Positions 37,057 through 46,722 of a stretch of DNA of 64,000 bases are shown in pieces. The position numbers and the translations under genes were made by a program. The notes under the pieces are model-generated. The model saw nothing but the letters and a program-made list of their open reading frames with translations. It was not told where the DNA came from and searched no databases. Numbering within the stretch: position 1 is the first letter of the stretch; every line of letters starts with the position of its first letter. This stretch comes from an uncultured Flavobacteriales bacterium (GTDB lineage Bacteria > Bacteroidota > Bacteroidia > Flavobacteriales_G > Salibacteraceae): contig CALSRJ010000001.1 in the NCBI GenBank assembly GCA_943788725.1, forward strand, positions 492,861 to 556,860, in the 5' to 3' direction.

Positions 37057-38160
37057 TCAGTTGATCATTTCTGCCACTTCCTCTCCGATAAACCCTGCCA
37101 GCGCAATGCCCATTCCGCTCATTTTCAATGCAACGAAAACGCCATTATCTAGCCGCTGTACAATAGGGAGTTTTTGCTTTCCGAAGGCCATGATTCCACT
37201 CCATCGCTGATCTACTTCCCATGCTAAGTCTGGACCAAACAGACGCTTCAACTCCAATTCCAAGTGAAGTTGCACTTCGTCAGTCACGTTAAAATTGTGC
37301 GTTCTCTCCTGTTCGAAGAATTGATTTCTTGCGCCTCCAAAGAGAATCCTATCTCCAACATTACGCAGGTAATAAAACCCCTCATCCACGTGCAAGTTTC
37401 CTTTGAATTTTAAGCCCCGGATTGGCTTGGTAATGAATACCTGTCCACGACCAGGCTCTACTTCGGCCTGTATCAAATCGCGCGCAAAGGCATTCGTGCA
37501 AACCACAACTTTTCCGGCGCGCACTTCAAACGAACCTCGCTGGGAGTCGCGCACCTCTACTTTATCTGACGCAACATGCAGCACTTCGGCACCCGTGCGC
37601 ACAATAATACCAAGGGATGCCACATAGGACTCAAGAGACGCCATGAGCTCGCCGGTATGCACTTGCCCTTCTTGCGCCATAGAAAAGAGGTTTCCCTCCG
37701 CATGTAAACCCATGTCCTTCTTTAGGGTCGATACGTCAGAAATGTAGCCGGGTAAGAAATCATCTACCAACCGATTTACCTGCTCCAGACGCTCCATGGC
37801 GGAACGCTGTGCTTCTGTGACCAATTCAAATCCACCGGCATCTTCGTAACCAATGGCTTTATCGGTGAGTCGCTTGCGGGTGATTTGAAGTCCCATCCAA
37901 CGTTCAAACAGCAAATCCCTCGCGGCTTCTTCTCCCATGCCGTCGATGTCTGACGCGATCTCAGAAAGGCTCCCAAAGCACGCAAAGCCCGCATTTCGCG
38001 TACTCGCGCCATAGGGCAAAACGGATCGTTCAAGTACCAGGATCCGCAGACTGGGTTGTTTCTCCTTTAGACTTGCAGCTACCGAAAGGCCCGTTATTCC
38101 TGCGCCAACGATAACCACATCTGCCTGCAAAAGCGATACTCGCTCCCAAAAGCTAATCAC
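37057..38160 (-). CDS. FAD-dependent oxidoreductase (DAO family)
   Basis: 367 aa with a GTG start. ADVVIVGAGITGLSVA dinucleotide-binding motif. Confidence 0.8.
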   Translation of the reverse strand: MISFWERVSLLQADVVIVGAGITGLSVAASLKEKQPSLRILVLERSVLPYGASTRNAGFACFGSLSEIASDIDGMGEEAARDLLFERWMGLQITRKRLTDKAIGYEDAGGFELVTEAQRSAMERLEQVNRLVDDFLPGYISDVSTLKKDMGLHAEGNLFSMAQEGQVHTGELMASLESYVASLGIIVRTGAEVLHVASDKVEVRDSQRGSFEVRAGKVVVCTNAFARDLIQAEVEPGRGQVFITKPIRGLKFKGNLHVDEGFYYLRNVGDRILFGGARNQFFEQERTHNFNVTDEVQLHLELELKRLFGPDLAWEVDQRWSGIMAFGKQKLPIVQRLDNGVFVALKMSGMGIALAGFIGEEVAEMIN

Positions 38161-38163
38161 CGA

Positions 38164-38865
38164 TCAAAAAGGATTGGTAGCATGGACGGTCAATTCCGGG
38201 ATAAACCCTCGATCATCCATCTCCAAGGCAGAGACAATGGCGTGTGCGATCTCTTCGCCACGTAGCTTGTTGGACACTTCGTCACGCTCAATCCTGCCAG
38301 GCTGTGCAAAAGCCGTAGTAACCTCCGATGGGTTCACACCAATTACGCGGATATTGAAAGGCCTGAGCTCAGCTTGCCAGCACTGGGTCAAGCCCCGCAA
38401 CGCAAACTTGGATGTACTGTAAATTCCGCCACCCGCATACCCTTTCAGCGCCGCGGTAGAAGCGATGTTTACAATATTGCCGTACTGCTTATCCTTAAAA
38501 TACTGTGCAGCTGCCTGCCCCATCATCGCGGCACCAAAAACGTTCGTGCGATAGATGTCCTCAAAGTCTTGCCAAGTGTAATCGCCCACCTTACGCACCC
38601 AACCATGACCAGCGTTATTGATCAAACCGTGCAGGTCTCCATAAGCATCCAACGTCTCTTTCATCGTGCGTTCGATGCCTGCCTCAGTAGACACGTCAGC
38701 GTGAATGGCAAGTGCCCCAACCTCGTTGGCAGCCTGCTCTAATTTATCCATATCTCTTCCCGTGATAGAAACGTTAGCACCTCTAGAAACCAACTGACGA
38801 GCAGTTGCCTTGCCAATGCCCGAACTTCCTCCGGTTACGATGAACACTTTGTCTTTAAAATTCAT
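38164..38865 (-). CDS. short-chain dehydrogenase/reductase (SDR)
   Basis: 233 aa. TGGSSGIGKATA, NNAG and YSTSKFAL motifs. Confidence 0.88.
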   Translation of the reverse strand: MNFKDKVFIVTGGSSGIGKATARQLVSRGANVSITGRDMDKLEQAANEVGALAIHADVSTEAGIERTMKETLDAYGDLHGLINNAGHGWVRKVGDYTWQDFEDIYRTNVFGAAMMGQAAAQYFKDKQYGNIVNIASTAALKGYAGGGIYSTSKFALRGLTQCWQAELRPFNIRVIGVNPSEVTTAFAQPGRIERDEVSNKLRGEEIAHAIVSALEMDDRGFIPELTVHATNPF

Positions 38866-40928
38866 GTTTGTTTTTCTGTTATCAATTGATTGATTACTTC
38901 TATCAGCTTTTCTTTACTCACCGGTTTGGTTAGGTAGTATTGAATGCCTACTTCCTTGGATTGTTCAATGGCTTCTTTCGTGACGTTGGCAGAAAGCATC
39001 AAAACCCGTGCGTCAGCATCCATCTGAAGGATGAGTTTAGAGGCCGTCATTCCATCCATTACAGGCATGTGTAAGTCCATGATTATCAAGTCGTACTTAT
39101 CCTCCCCGAACGCATTCACTCCCTTCTCTCCGTCTTCAACGGCGTGCCATTTGAAGCCGAGGCTTTCCACCATTTTGCTCACCACCAAAACGTTGAGCTG
39201 ATTATCCTCCACGATCAGACAGCGCATGCCTGTGAAATCCGTTCTCATTTCAGGCTCGGCTTGCTCGTTTTCAGCGTTCACCTTGCTGTCATCTTCAAAA
39301 TTCAATGTGACCACAAACTCTGTCCCCTTACCTACTTCACTGGTAACCACAATGTCTCCACCCATCAACTTGACCAGTTCATAATTGATGGAAAGGCCTA
39401 GGCCAGTGCCTGAATAACGCTTTCTGAAACCGCTGTCTAATTGAGAAAAGCGCTCGAAAATCTTGGCGAGTCGATCATTAGGTATACCGATGCCGGTATC
39501 CTTTACACGCACCATCACCTCCACTTCTTCCCCACGTTGGGCATAGTGCTCATAGTGGATAGCCACAGAACCCTCATTTGTAAATTTCAGCGCGTTTTGA
39601 ATAAAGTTGGATATGATTTGGGTGAACTTCACCTCATCTCCAATCACCCAAACCTTGGAATCTTCTGGCGTCTCAAATTTTAGGACTACGCCTTTCTGGT
39701 TGAAGCCTTGTTGAAAAATCTGGGTCAGCGCCTGGATCTTTTTCACGGGTTGAAAGCGTTCCTTCTGCACCGTCACCAAACCCGCCTCTATGCGGTCGAT
39801 GTCCAGAATGTTATTGAGCAACCCGAGCAAATTAGCGGTAGAGTGCTTGAGCAGTTCAATGTACTCGGTTTGCCTGGACTCGTTCTTATTCTCAGAAACC
39901 AACTGAATCAATCCTTGAATGATGTTCAATGGTGTTCGGATTTCATGGCTCATGTTGCTAAGAAATTCAGACTTCACACGTGACCCCTCTTCGGCGCGTT
40001 CCTTTTCCAACTCCAGGGTTTCGTTCAAGGTTCCTAAGCGCTCATTGATCGCCTTCGTCGCTTTTTCCTGTCGATTGGTCTTGAGAATAAAGTAGAGTGC
40101 AATCGATAGCGTAAGTCCTAAAAATAAAGACAGCGCTAAGGAGATGGAACTGTTCAGGCGGGCGTACTCTGTAAAGAAGTTCTCCGTTGGATAAAATTCC
40201 ATCTTCCACCAAAGGGAATTATCGTTGTTTACATTGATCAACCCATCGAATACAAACTCTTCTTTGACGTCGATTCCATCGCAGCTGGCAGGGTCTGAGC
40301 AGTAGAATTGGACATCGCTTTGATCGTACAAATGGATATGGTAATTCGCATTGTCTTCGAAGAATTGGTTGACGTCATAGGTGAAATCAAATCCAGCGGT
40401 AATGGTGCCGTAAAAAACACTGTCAATCCAAACTGGAGAATCCATGAGAAAGGCTTGTCCACCTTGGATCAAGTTCTCCCAAGACGTGACATTCAATCGC
40501 TTTTCACGCACTGCTTTGCGCCAAGGCTCAATTCGGTAGTCTACGGTGGAAAGGTCGAGTTGGTGTACATCTCGGTTGCGCTTAAAAGGAACCACATCTT
40601 GAATGATCATGTTTGAGTCGATCCATTCAATAAAGAGGATGGACGAATCTAGACGGACCAGTTGACGCGCATCTTGTTGCCAGAAAGACATGAAGTCACC
40701 ACGCGTGAACTGGATTCTATTGGAGAAATTCTTGAGTTGATCGATATCCGTATTGATCGTCCCCCAAATGCGACTGCGCGTATGCTCGCCTAGTGTGTTG
40801 ATGGTTTCGCGATGCTCTTGCGCTACATCTTGCTGAAACTGGACCCAAATCCAAAGCGACCCCGTTGTGGTCAACAAAAAGACCACGAAGCTTAGCAAGA
40901 GATGTACGAAGAGGGGACGCAGTTGCAC
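38862..40928 (-). CDS. hybrid sensor histidine kinase/response regulator with CHASE-like extracytoplasmic domain
   Basis: 688 aa with a GTG start. Order is TM, ~250-aa periplasmic domain, TM, HisKA SHEIRTPLN, HATPase GTGLGLSI, then REC LIIMDLHMPVMDG. The stop overlaps the SDR start by 4 nt. Confidence 0.85.
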   Translation of the reverse strand: MQLRPLFVHLLLSFVVFLLTTTGSLWIWVQFQQDVAQEHRETINTLGEHTRSRIWGTINTDIDQLKNFSNRIQFTRGDFMSFWQQDARQLVRLDSSILFIEWIDSNMIIQDVVPFKRNRDVHQLDLSTVDYRIEPWRKAVREKRLNVTSWENLIQGGQAFLMDSPVWIDSVFYGTITAGFDFTYDVNQFFEDNANYHIHLYDQSDVQFYCSDPASCDGIDVKEEFVFDGLINVNNDNSLWWKMEFYPTENFFTEYARLNSSISLALSLFLGLTLSIALYFILKTNRQEKATKAINERLGTLNETLELEKERAEEGSRVKSEFLSNMSHEIRTPLNIIQGLIQLVSENKNESRQTEYIELLKHSTANLLGLLNNILDIDRIEAGLVTVQKERFQPVKKIQALTQIFQQGFNQKGVVLKFETPEDSKVWVIGDEVKFTQIISNFIQNALKFTNEGSVAIHYEHYAQRGEEVEVMVRVKDTGIGIPNDRLAKIFERFSQLDSGFRKRYSGTGLGLSINYELVKLMGGDIVVTSEVGKGTEFVVTLNFEDDSKVNAENEQAEPEMRTDFTGMRCLIVEDNQLNVLVVSKMVESLGFKWHAVEDGEKGVNAFGEDKYDLIIMDLHMPVMDGMTASKLILQMDADARVLMLSANVTKEAIEQSKEVGIQYYLTKPVSKEKLIEVINQLITEKQT

Positions 40929-40949
40929 GGTGCTTTTAATGGTTGGTTA

Positions 40950-41711
40950 TTAATTTCTGACGAAGACCCATTCGTCTTCCTCACTCAGTTTTGGAGAATA
41001 GGCATATAACTCAAATGCTTTAAGGTCTTCAGGGTTTGTGATTCGGTTTTGAATGATGAAGCGGGTCATTGCGCCTCTAGCATGTTTTGCCCAAGTCATC
41101 ACCACCTTGTATTCGCCGTTCTTCTCATCCTTGAAAATAGGTGTAATCACCCGTCCCTTTACGCGATGCATATCAATTGCTTTTGAATACTCATTTGAGG
41201 CAAGGTTTACGAGCACATCCGTGCCAGCAGCTTCCATCGCATCATTTACGGATTGGGTCACTTTTTCTTTCCAGAATGCATACAAGTTCTTCTTGCGCCT
41301 CACGGGCAATGACGTGCCCATTTCTAGTCGGTAGGGACGAATACGATCCAACGGCCTCAGCAGTCCGTGCAACCCGCTCAATATGCGGACGTGATCCTGA
41401 CTAAACATGAGGTCTTCGTGTGACATTTCTTTTGCAGCTAAGCCTCGATAAACCTCACCACTAAATGTGAGTATAGCCGGACGTGATGCTTCACCCTGAA
41501 AGTTAGGCTCCCATTCTTGATAACGCATGACGTTTAATTCAGTCAAGTCTTTGTTCAAGCTCATGAGTGACGACACCTTCTTTTTACTCAAGGTCCTCAG
41601 CTTACCGATCAATTGCGTCGACTCTTCTACAAAGGCTGGTTGCGAGAATGGCATCTCCGGCAGTGCAGCGTCAAAATCAAGCGTTTTTGCAGGTGATAAT
41701 ATCGTAATCAT
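40950..41711 (-). CDS. yaaA: peroxide stress protein YaaA (UPF0246/DUF328)
   Basis: 253 aa. MITILSPAKTLDF..., YRGL and RILSGLHGLLRPLDRIRPYRLEM are family hallmarks. Confidence 0.88.
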   Translation of the reverse strand: MITILSPAKTLDFDAALPEMPFSQPAFVEESTQLIGKLRTLSKKKVSSLMSLNKDLTELNVMRYQEWEPNFQGEASRPAILTFSGEVYRGLAAKEMSHEDLMFSQDHVRILSGLHGLLRPLDRIRPYRLEMGTSLPVRRKKNLYAFWKEKVTQSVNDAMEAAGTDVLVNLASNEYSKAIDMHRVKGRVITPIFKDEKNGEYKVVMTWAKHARGAMTRFIIQNRITNPEDLKAFELYAYSPKLSEEDEWVFVRN

Positions 41712-41837
41712 AGGTCTATGCTTTCAAATGTAACAAGGAGACGCCGAAGTAGTTTGCACGTTGGGAAAGTGATCAAAAGCGCTTTTCTGTATCTGTCGTA
41801 GCTGCTGAGTAATGACACTTAGTTCCATCAGTGCGTG

Positions 41838-42863
41838 TTAAACATCTAAAGCGTCTAACCAGTCAAAGAAGGCTTGCAGTTCCTGACCATGTTCATCGCA
41901 CCACTGTTGGGAGGAGGGATACATTGACATCCGAATGAAGTGGTAAAACGTTGTCATGTGTTCACTCTCCGCAACGGCCCCGAAAAAGGGGATGTAATAA
42001 TTGGTAAAGAAATCATCTCGTTTTCCGAAGTCGAGCTCGGCCATGAAACGCAAAAACGAGGACATCAACTCCATGTCGATCTCTTCTTCCGAAAGGGTAT
42101 CGTATTTCTCCAAATACCTTGAAGCTTCCAGCATAGACATCATGAGTTCGGCACTGCGAATTGCCTGATTTTCGCCTTTTTGGCCTACCGTCATGGTAAT
42201 GCCAGTGGTCGTGTCATTTTCACGGACGACCCCTGCTCCAAAAGCCTGCTCAATGCTTTGGTACACGATGGCCGATCGTTCGCTATTAGGATCTAACAAG
42301 GCGCAAAAGAGAAGCGGATAAATCGCCTCCACCCTTCGGTCTTGGGCGAGCAAGATTCTTCCTAAGGCGAAGTGACTGTTGGCATGATCTAACTTATTAC
42401 CGACCGCCTTGACGAATGCCACCTCCGCCTTTTCAAAGTCTTCGTGCCCAGTGGCAGTCACACCAAGGTTATACCAAATCAAGAAATAATCACCGTAGGT
42501 TTTGATTCCTTTCTCCAAGGCTTTTATAGACCGCTTGTACTCTCCTGTTTGATCGTAAACGCTTCCAAGTAAGATGACTGCTTGAAGTCCATGCTCGGAT
42601 TCCTCTTCGGCAGCAATAGATGCATAAGCAATGGTCTTGCCGAAGTCTTCCTGGTAGTAATAGCTCAGCGCTAGTTCGTAGTTGATAAAGCCATCCTTCG
42701 GTTTTAAAGCAAGCGCCTTTTCGTATTCGGCGATGGCATCGTTGTATTGACCTTGGTCGTGCAGTTCAATACCGCGAGCCATGATCGCTTGCACCAAAGA
42801 ATCCTGAGCACAAAGCTTCGTTGAAACAAAGAAAACCAAGAAGGTGAAGACGAACTTCCGCAT
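41838..42863 (-). CDS. secreted TPR-repeat protein
   Basis: ORF 41838..42941. The ATG at 42863 gives MRKFVFTFLVFFVSTKLCAQ, a signal peptide, and lies 3 nt after the pepD stop. TPR repeats such as YNDAIAEYEKALALKPKDG. Confidence 0.75.
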   Translation of the reverse strand: MRKFVFTFLVFFVSTKLCAQDSLVQAIMARGIELHDQGQYNDAIAEYEKALALKPKDGFINYELALSYYYQEDFGKTIAYASIAAEEESEHGLQAVILLGSVYDQTGEYKRSIKALEKGIKTYGDYFLIWYNLGVTATGHEDFEKAEVAFVKAVGNKLDHANSHFALGRILLAQDRRVEAIYPLLFCALLDPNSERSAIVYQSIEQAFGAGVVRENDTTTGITMTVGQKGENQAIRSAELMMSMLEASRYLEKYDTLSEEEIDMELMSSFLRFMAELDFGKRDDFFTNYYIPFFGAVAESEHMTTFYHFIRMSMYPSSQQWCDEHGQELQAFFDWLDALDV

Positions 42864-42865
42864 GC

Positions 42866-44320
42866 TTACGCCTTGGGTATACGCTGGAGTGTTTCGAGGA
42901 GTAAGGCCCAGTACTTCTGCACCGAACTGATCTGCACGCATTCATCGGGCGAGTGAGCACCTCGGATGTTTGGACCGAATGAAATCATCTCCATATCTGG
43001 ATAGTTCGTCCCGAGAATTCCGCACTCAAGGCCAGCATGGCAGGCCATTACATGCGCGTCTTCTTTGAACATCTCTTTATATAGATTGCTCATCACACTG
43101 ACGATATCGGCATCCGGACGTGGTGTCCATCCCGGGTAACTCCCCCCAAACTGAACCTTTCCGCCGATGAGTTCAAAGAGAGCCTTGATCGTATTTGCTT
43201 CATCCATTTTTTCAGAGTCCACCGAACTTCGCGTGAGGCACTGAACGCTATAATGCCCAGCCGCTACAAGGACTCGCGCCAAGTTGTTGGATGTTTGAAC
43301 CAAGCCCTCTATCTCCGGACTCATGCGCCAAATGCCCACCGGACATACGGCGATAGCACGGATGAAGTTCTTCGCAAATTCATTGGTCAACGCTTTATTG
43401 GGCATCTCCGTTTTCTCCAATTGGAGGGCAAGATTCGGATCCGTGCTTCGGTACTCATTCTGCAACAATGTCTGCAACTCCTCAACGTGCTTACTCAAGG
43501 CTTCATCATTGTGCACGCCAATCACCGCAAATGATTCACGAGGTATAGCATTGCGCAAACTACCGCCATCAATTTTGGCAATCTGCAGGTCAACTTTGTC
43601 GTTGATTTCCGCTAAAACACGGTTGATCCCTTTGTTGGCATTTGCCCTTCCGCGGTGGACGTCCATTCCTGAGTGTCCTCCCGTTAACCCATTCAAGGTC
43701 AGCTTATACCATGAGCGTGTATCGTCTGCATGCTGTTCGATGTAATGCCCAGTCGCGGTCACATCGATTCCTCCTGCACATCCGATGGTCAATTCGTCGT
43801 CATCCTCTGTATCAAGATTGAGGAGTATCTCTCCATCGAGCAGACCACCTTTAAGGCCCATGGCCCCCGTCATACCTGTTTCTTCATCAATCGTAAACAA
43901 GGCTTCGATTGGAGGGTGTGGAATATCATTGGAGCTCAACAGTGCCATGATCGAAGCCACGCCAATGCCATTGTCGGCCCCTAGCGTTGTGCCTTCAGCA
44001 CGCACCCAGTCCCCATCTACATACATGCGAATGCCTTCCTTATCAAAGTCGAAATTGGTCGCTGCGTTTTTTTGGTGCACCATGTCCAAGTGACTCTGAA
44101 GAACAATGGTTTTACGGTCTTCCATACCAGGTGAAGCTGGCTTCTTGATGATTACGTTCCCCACTTCATCTACGTGGGTTGGAAACCCAAGGTCCTCTCC
44201 AAACTTCTTCGCAAAGGCAATCACTCTTTCTTCTTTCTTGGAAGGACGCGGAACTGCGTTCAGGTCTGCAAAATGGTTCCACATGATGGCCGGTTCCAAT
44301 GCTCTTACTTCTGCACTCAT
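42866..44320 (-). CDS. pepD: aminoacyl-histidine dipeptidase (M20C, PepD)
   Basis: 484 aa. FADLNAVPRPSKKEERV, LQSHLDMV, GTTLGADNGIG and FTIDEETGMTGA match PepD. Confidence 0.9.
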   Translation of the reverse strand: MSAEVRALEPAIMWNHFADLNAVPRPSKKEERVIAFAKKFGEDLGFPTHVDEVGNVIIKKPASPGMEDRKTIVLQSHLDMVHQKNAATNFDFDKEGIRMYVDGDWVRAEGTTLGADNGIGVASIMALLSSNDIPHPPIEALFTIDEETGMTGAMGLKGGLLDGEILLNLDTEDDDELTIGCAGGIDVTATGHYIEQHADDTRSWYKLTLNGLTGGHSGMDVHRGRANANKGINRVLAEINDKVDLQIAKIDGGSLRNAIPRESFAVIGVHNDEALSKHVEELQTLLQNEYRSTDPNLALQLEKTEMPNKALTNEFAKNFIRAIAVCPVGIWRMSPEIEGLVQTSNNLARVLVAAGHYSVQCLTRSSVDSEKMDEANTIKALFELIGGKVQFGGSYPGWTPRPDADIVSVMSNLYKEMFKEDAHVMACHAGLECGILGTNYPDMEMISFGPNIRGAHSPDECVQISSVQKYWALLLETLQRIPKA

Positions 44321-44364
44321 AATCTCTAGTTTGCCACAATGTTAAGCCTTACAAATGTGGAATG

Positions 44365-45186
44365 CTAGCACCAAGGGATGAATTGACGGATGCCAGGCTG
44401 CCAAGCAACTGTATTGGGTCCGATGCGATGGCTTTCGTATCCAAATTCGCCCAATCGCTCTATACAAGATCGGTAATCATCGGCAGCGATATGGGTGTCT
44501 TCAAAGACGATGGCAGCGGGTTTTACTGCGTGGAGATCTACCATCTTAATGACCTCATGGTCAAAACCTTCGGTATCAATCATCAACAAGTCTATCCTGT
44601 CGATGCGATGCTCTTGCATGGTCGATGCAAAACTGCGAACCGCGATTTCTATCGGTTCAATCCAATCGTCTACCTCTTTGGGTGGGGTTATTCCATACCG
44701 CTTCAAGCGTTTATCCAATCTACCTTCCTTAATGGTCGCCTCAAGCACGCTGCGCTCAAAGGTCGATAAGCCCGTTGCCCAACGATCATGGTTGAAAGCA
44801 ATGGTGTACAATTCTGCCTTTCCATCCTCGTATCCGATGGCCGCGTTGATTGGGTTGACCCGCGGGTAGTTACGGTACACGGGTCTCAAGAATCGGTGAA
44901 AAACGGCGGGTTGTGGCTCAAAAAGAAGGGCGTACCAATGATCCCGCTTGATGAATTTATAGACCGGGTCGTGGGTCATTCCATCGTTGGCGCCCACTTG
45001 CACCACGTAGAAATCCTTTTTGGCTTTAGAGAAGGCATCCATGAATGCTTCGACCGAATCCGGTTCAGGTCTATAACGTGTGAAGGTGAACCAACGGTAG
45101 ATGGGTCCATCCATGGCGGCATACCAAAAAACCAGGTCCCTCGCCATGTACTTGAGCTTGTATCGGACCTGTTTGAGCAAGCGCAT
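44365..45186 (-). CDS. FkbM-family methyltransferase
   Basis: ORF 44365..45279. The ATG at 45186 (MRLLKQV...) overlaps the lgt stop as TGATG. VVQVGANDGMTHDP and MIDTEGFDHEV are FkbM motifs. Confidence 0.78.
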   Translation of the reverse strand: MRLLKQVRYKLKYMARDLVFWYAAMDGPIYRWFTFTRYRPEPDSVEAFMDAFSKAKKDFYVVQVGANDGMTHDPVYKFIKRDHWYALLFEPQPAVFHRFLRPVYRNYPRVNPINAAIGYEDGKAELYTIAFNHDRWATGLSTFERSVLEATIKEGRLDKRLKRYGITPPKEVDDWIEPIEIAVRSFASTMQEHRIDRIDLLMIDTEGFDHEVIKMVDLHAVKPAAIVFEDTHIAADDYRSCIERLGEFGYESHRIGPNTVAWQPGIRQFIPWC

Positions 45187-45962
45187 CAAGAAAGTGAGTT
45201 TTTGCGTTGGCGCCAAGCATAGAGTCCAATCATGGCAGCAATCAAGATCATGGAGATGAATTGAGAGTGCGTGACCCATCCATCGATGATATATCCACGT
45301 GCTTCATCTCCTCGGAAGATTTCGATGAACGAACGCCCAATGGAATACAAAATCACATAAAGGATGAAGAGTTGTCCGTCGAACGCTTTCTTCTTTCTGT
45401 AGAAGTACAGTGCCAGAAAAATGATGCTCAACATCAAAAAGGAATACAGTTGAGTGGGATGCAGCGCTACACCCAAAGGCTCCGCTTGCGACTGAGGGTC
45501 GGTGAAGCTAACTCCCCACCCAACCTCGGTGGGAATGCCATGACAGCACCCTGCGAAAAAACAACCAAGCCTTCCGAAGGCATGTACAATCAAGGTCGTA
45601 AATGCTAGGAGGTCCAACATTCCCCAAACATTCCATTCATTGCGGATGAAGAACCAAATCGTAGTAGGAACCGCAAAGAGCAGCGAACCAAAGAAGACAA
45701 ATCCATTGCCGATGTCTTCTAGCATCATAGCGGGCTCATCCATATAAACCTGGGGGTCTTCAAGATAGAAAAAGACCTTTCCACCAACAAAAGCAGTGAT
45801 GAAAATCCACACGAGCAATGAACTGATCTTGTCAGGCTGAATGTGGTAATATTTCTTGGCCTGGCTAGACAGGAAAAGGTAAGCCAACGTAGCGCCCACC
45901 ACGATTAAAAAACCGTAGGTGAAAACCGTGAAATTACCTATTTCTATGAGCCTTGGATGCAT
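45186..45962 (-). CDS. lgt: prolipoprotein diacylglyceryl transferase
   Basis: 258 aa. Multi-TM protein with FTVFTYGFLIVVG, GRLGCFFAGCCHG and HPTQLY motifs. Confidence 0.9.
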   Translation of the reverse strand: MHPRLIEIGNFTVFTYGFLIVVGATLAYLFLSSQAKKYYHIQPDKISSLLVWIFITAFVGGKVFFYLEDPQVYMDEPAMMLEDIGNGFVFFGSLLFAVPTTIWFFIRNEWNVWGMLDLLAFTTLIVHAFGRLGCFFAGCCHGIPTEVGWGVSFTDPQSQAEPLGVALHPTQLYSFLMLSIIFLALYFYRKKKAFDGQLFILYVILYSIGRSFIEIFRGDEARGYIIDGWVTHSQFISMILIAAMIGLYAWRQRKNSLS

Positions 45963-46146
45963 TCGGGGTCAAGAATAGGATTTATTGAGCTGTTCTCACA
46001 GGGTAGATTTTACAGATAATTACTGATTTGCCCGGAGGCACCAAAATCAATCCATGGAATAATGCCGAACTCATTTTGCCGCCGAGTAAATGTAACATCT
46101 ACCGAAAAGCCCCGTAGGAAAGAACGTCGATTATCTTAGCAACGAA

Positions 46147-46722
46147 ATGTTCCGACGTACCCTGAACCTCTCACTTTCGATTCTACTCCTTCTCCCATCC
46201 GTAATGTTGGCGCAAGGTGGCGTGGACAATCCCAATCGGATCACTCAACAATCTGAGATCGGGCCACTCGAGGTCATCCGAAACATCGACCTCCTATTTG
46301 GGCCTACTAGGATCGAGGCTACTCAAGCCGGACGCGGAAAGGCGCTCAACGACAAAGTCAACATTGCCAAAAGCTTCGTGCACGCTAGTCAAATCGAAAA
46401 AGCCAGGCTCTCCTACCAAGAGGCGGTATACATTGCTTGGAACCGAGGAGAGCAAGCACCGCTTATCGCCGACATCAACGAAGAGTTAGATCGCATTGAC
46501 CGCGACTTGATCAAGGAGACACGACCTGAAGGGCTGGACGAAAATTTCCAACCGATCGACCCAGACAAAGAGCCAGCCCCTGCTCCATTGAAGCCAATGG
46601 ATAAGAACACCGCAGGGAATAAAATCGATGCTGCACTCTCCTTTTTGTATACCGATATCCTAAGGACGAAGCCAAGAAGCTTATGCTCAAAGGGCGTCTG
46701 GCAGATTGTCGGCACTTCGTAG
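46147..46722 (+). CDS. secreted hypothetical protein, N-terminal part of a possibly split repeat protein
   Basis: 191 aa. Signal peptide LSILLLLPSVMLAQ. Contains one copy of a ~45-aa helical module that recurs in the next ORF. Confidence 0.55.
   Translation: MFRRTLNLSLSILLLLPSVMLAQGGVDNPNRITQQSEIGPLEVIRNIDLLFGPTRIEATQAGRGKALNDKVNIAKSFVHASQIEKARLSYQEAVYIAWNRGEQAPLIADINEELDRIDRDLIKETRPEGLDENFQPIDPDKEPAPAPLKPMDKNTAGNKIDAALSFLYTDILRTKPRSLCSKGVWQIVGTS

Noticed and set aside
44365-45279. Longer version of the FkbM methyltransferase ORF starting at 45279.
   Set aside because: The extension overlaps the lgt 3' end. The ATG at 45186 gives a clean TGATG coupling.
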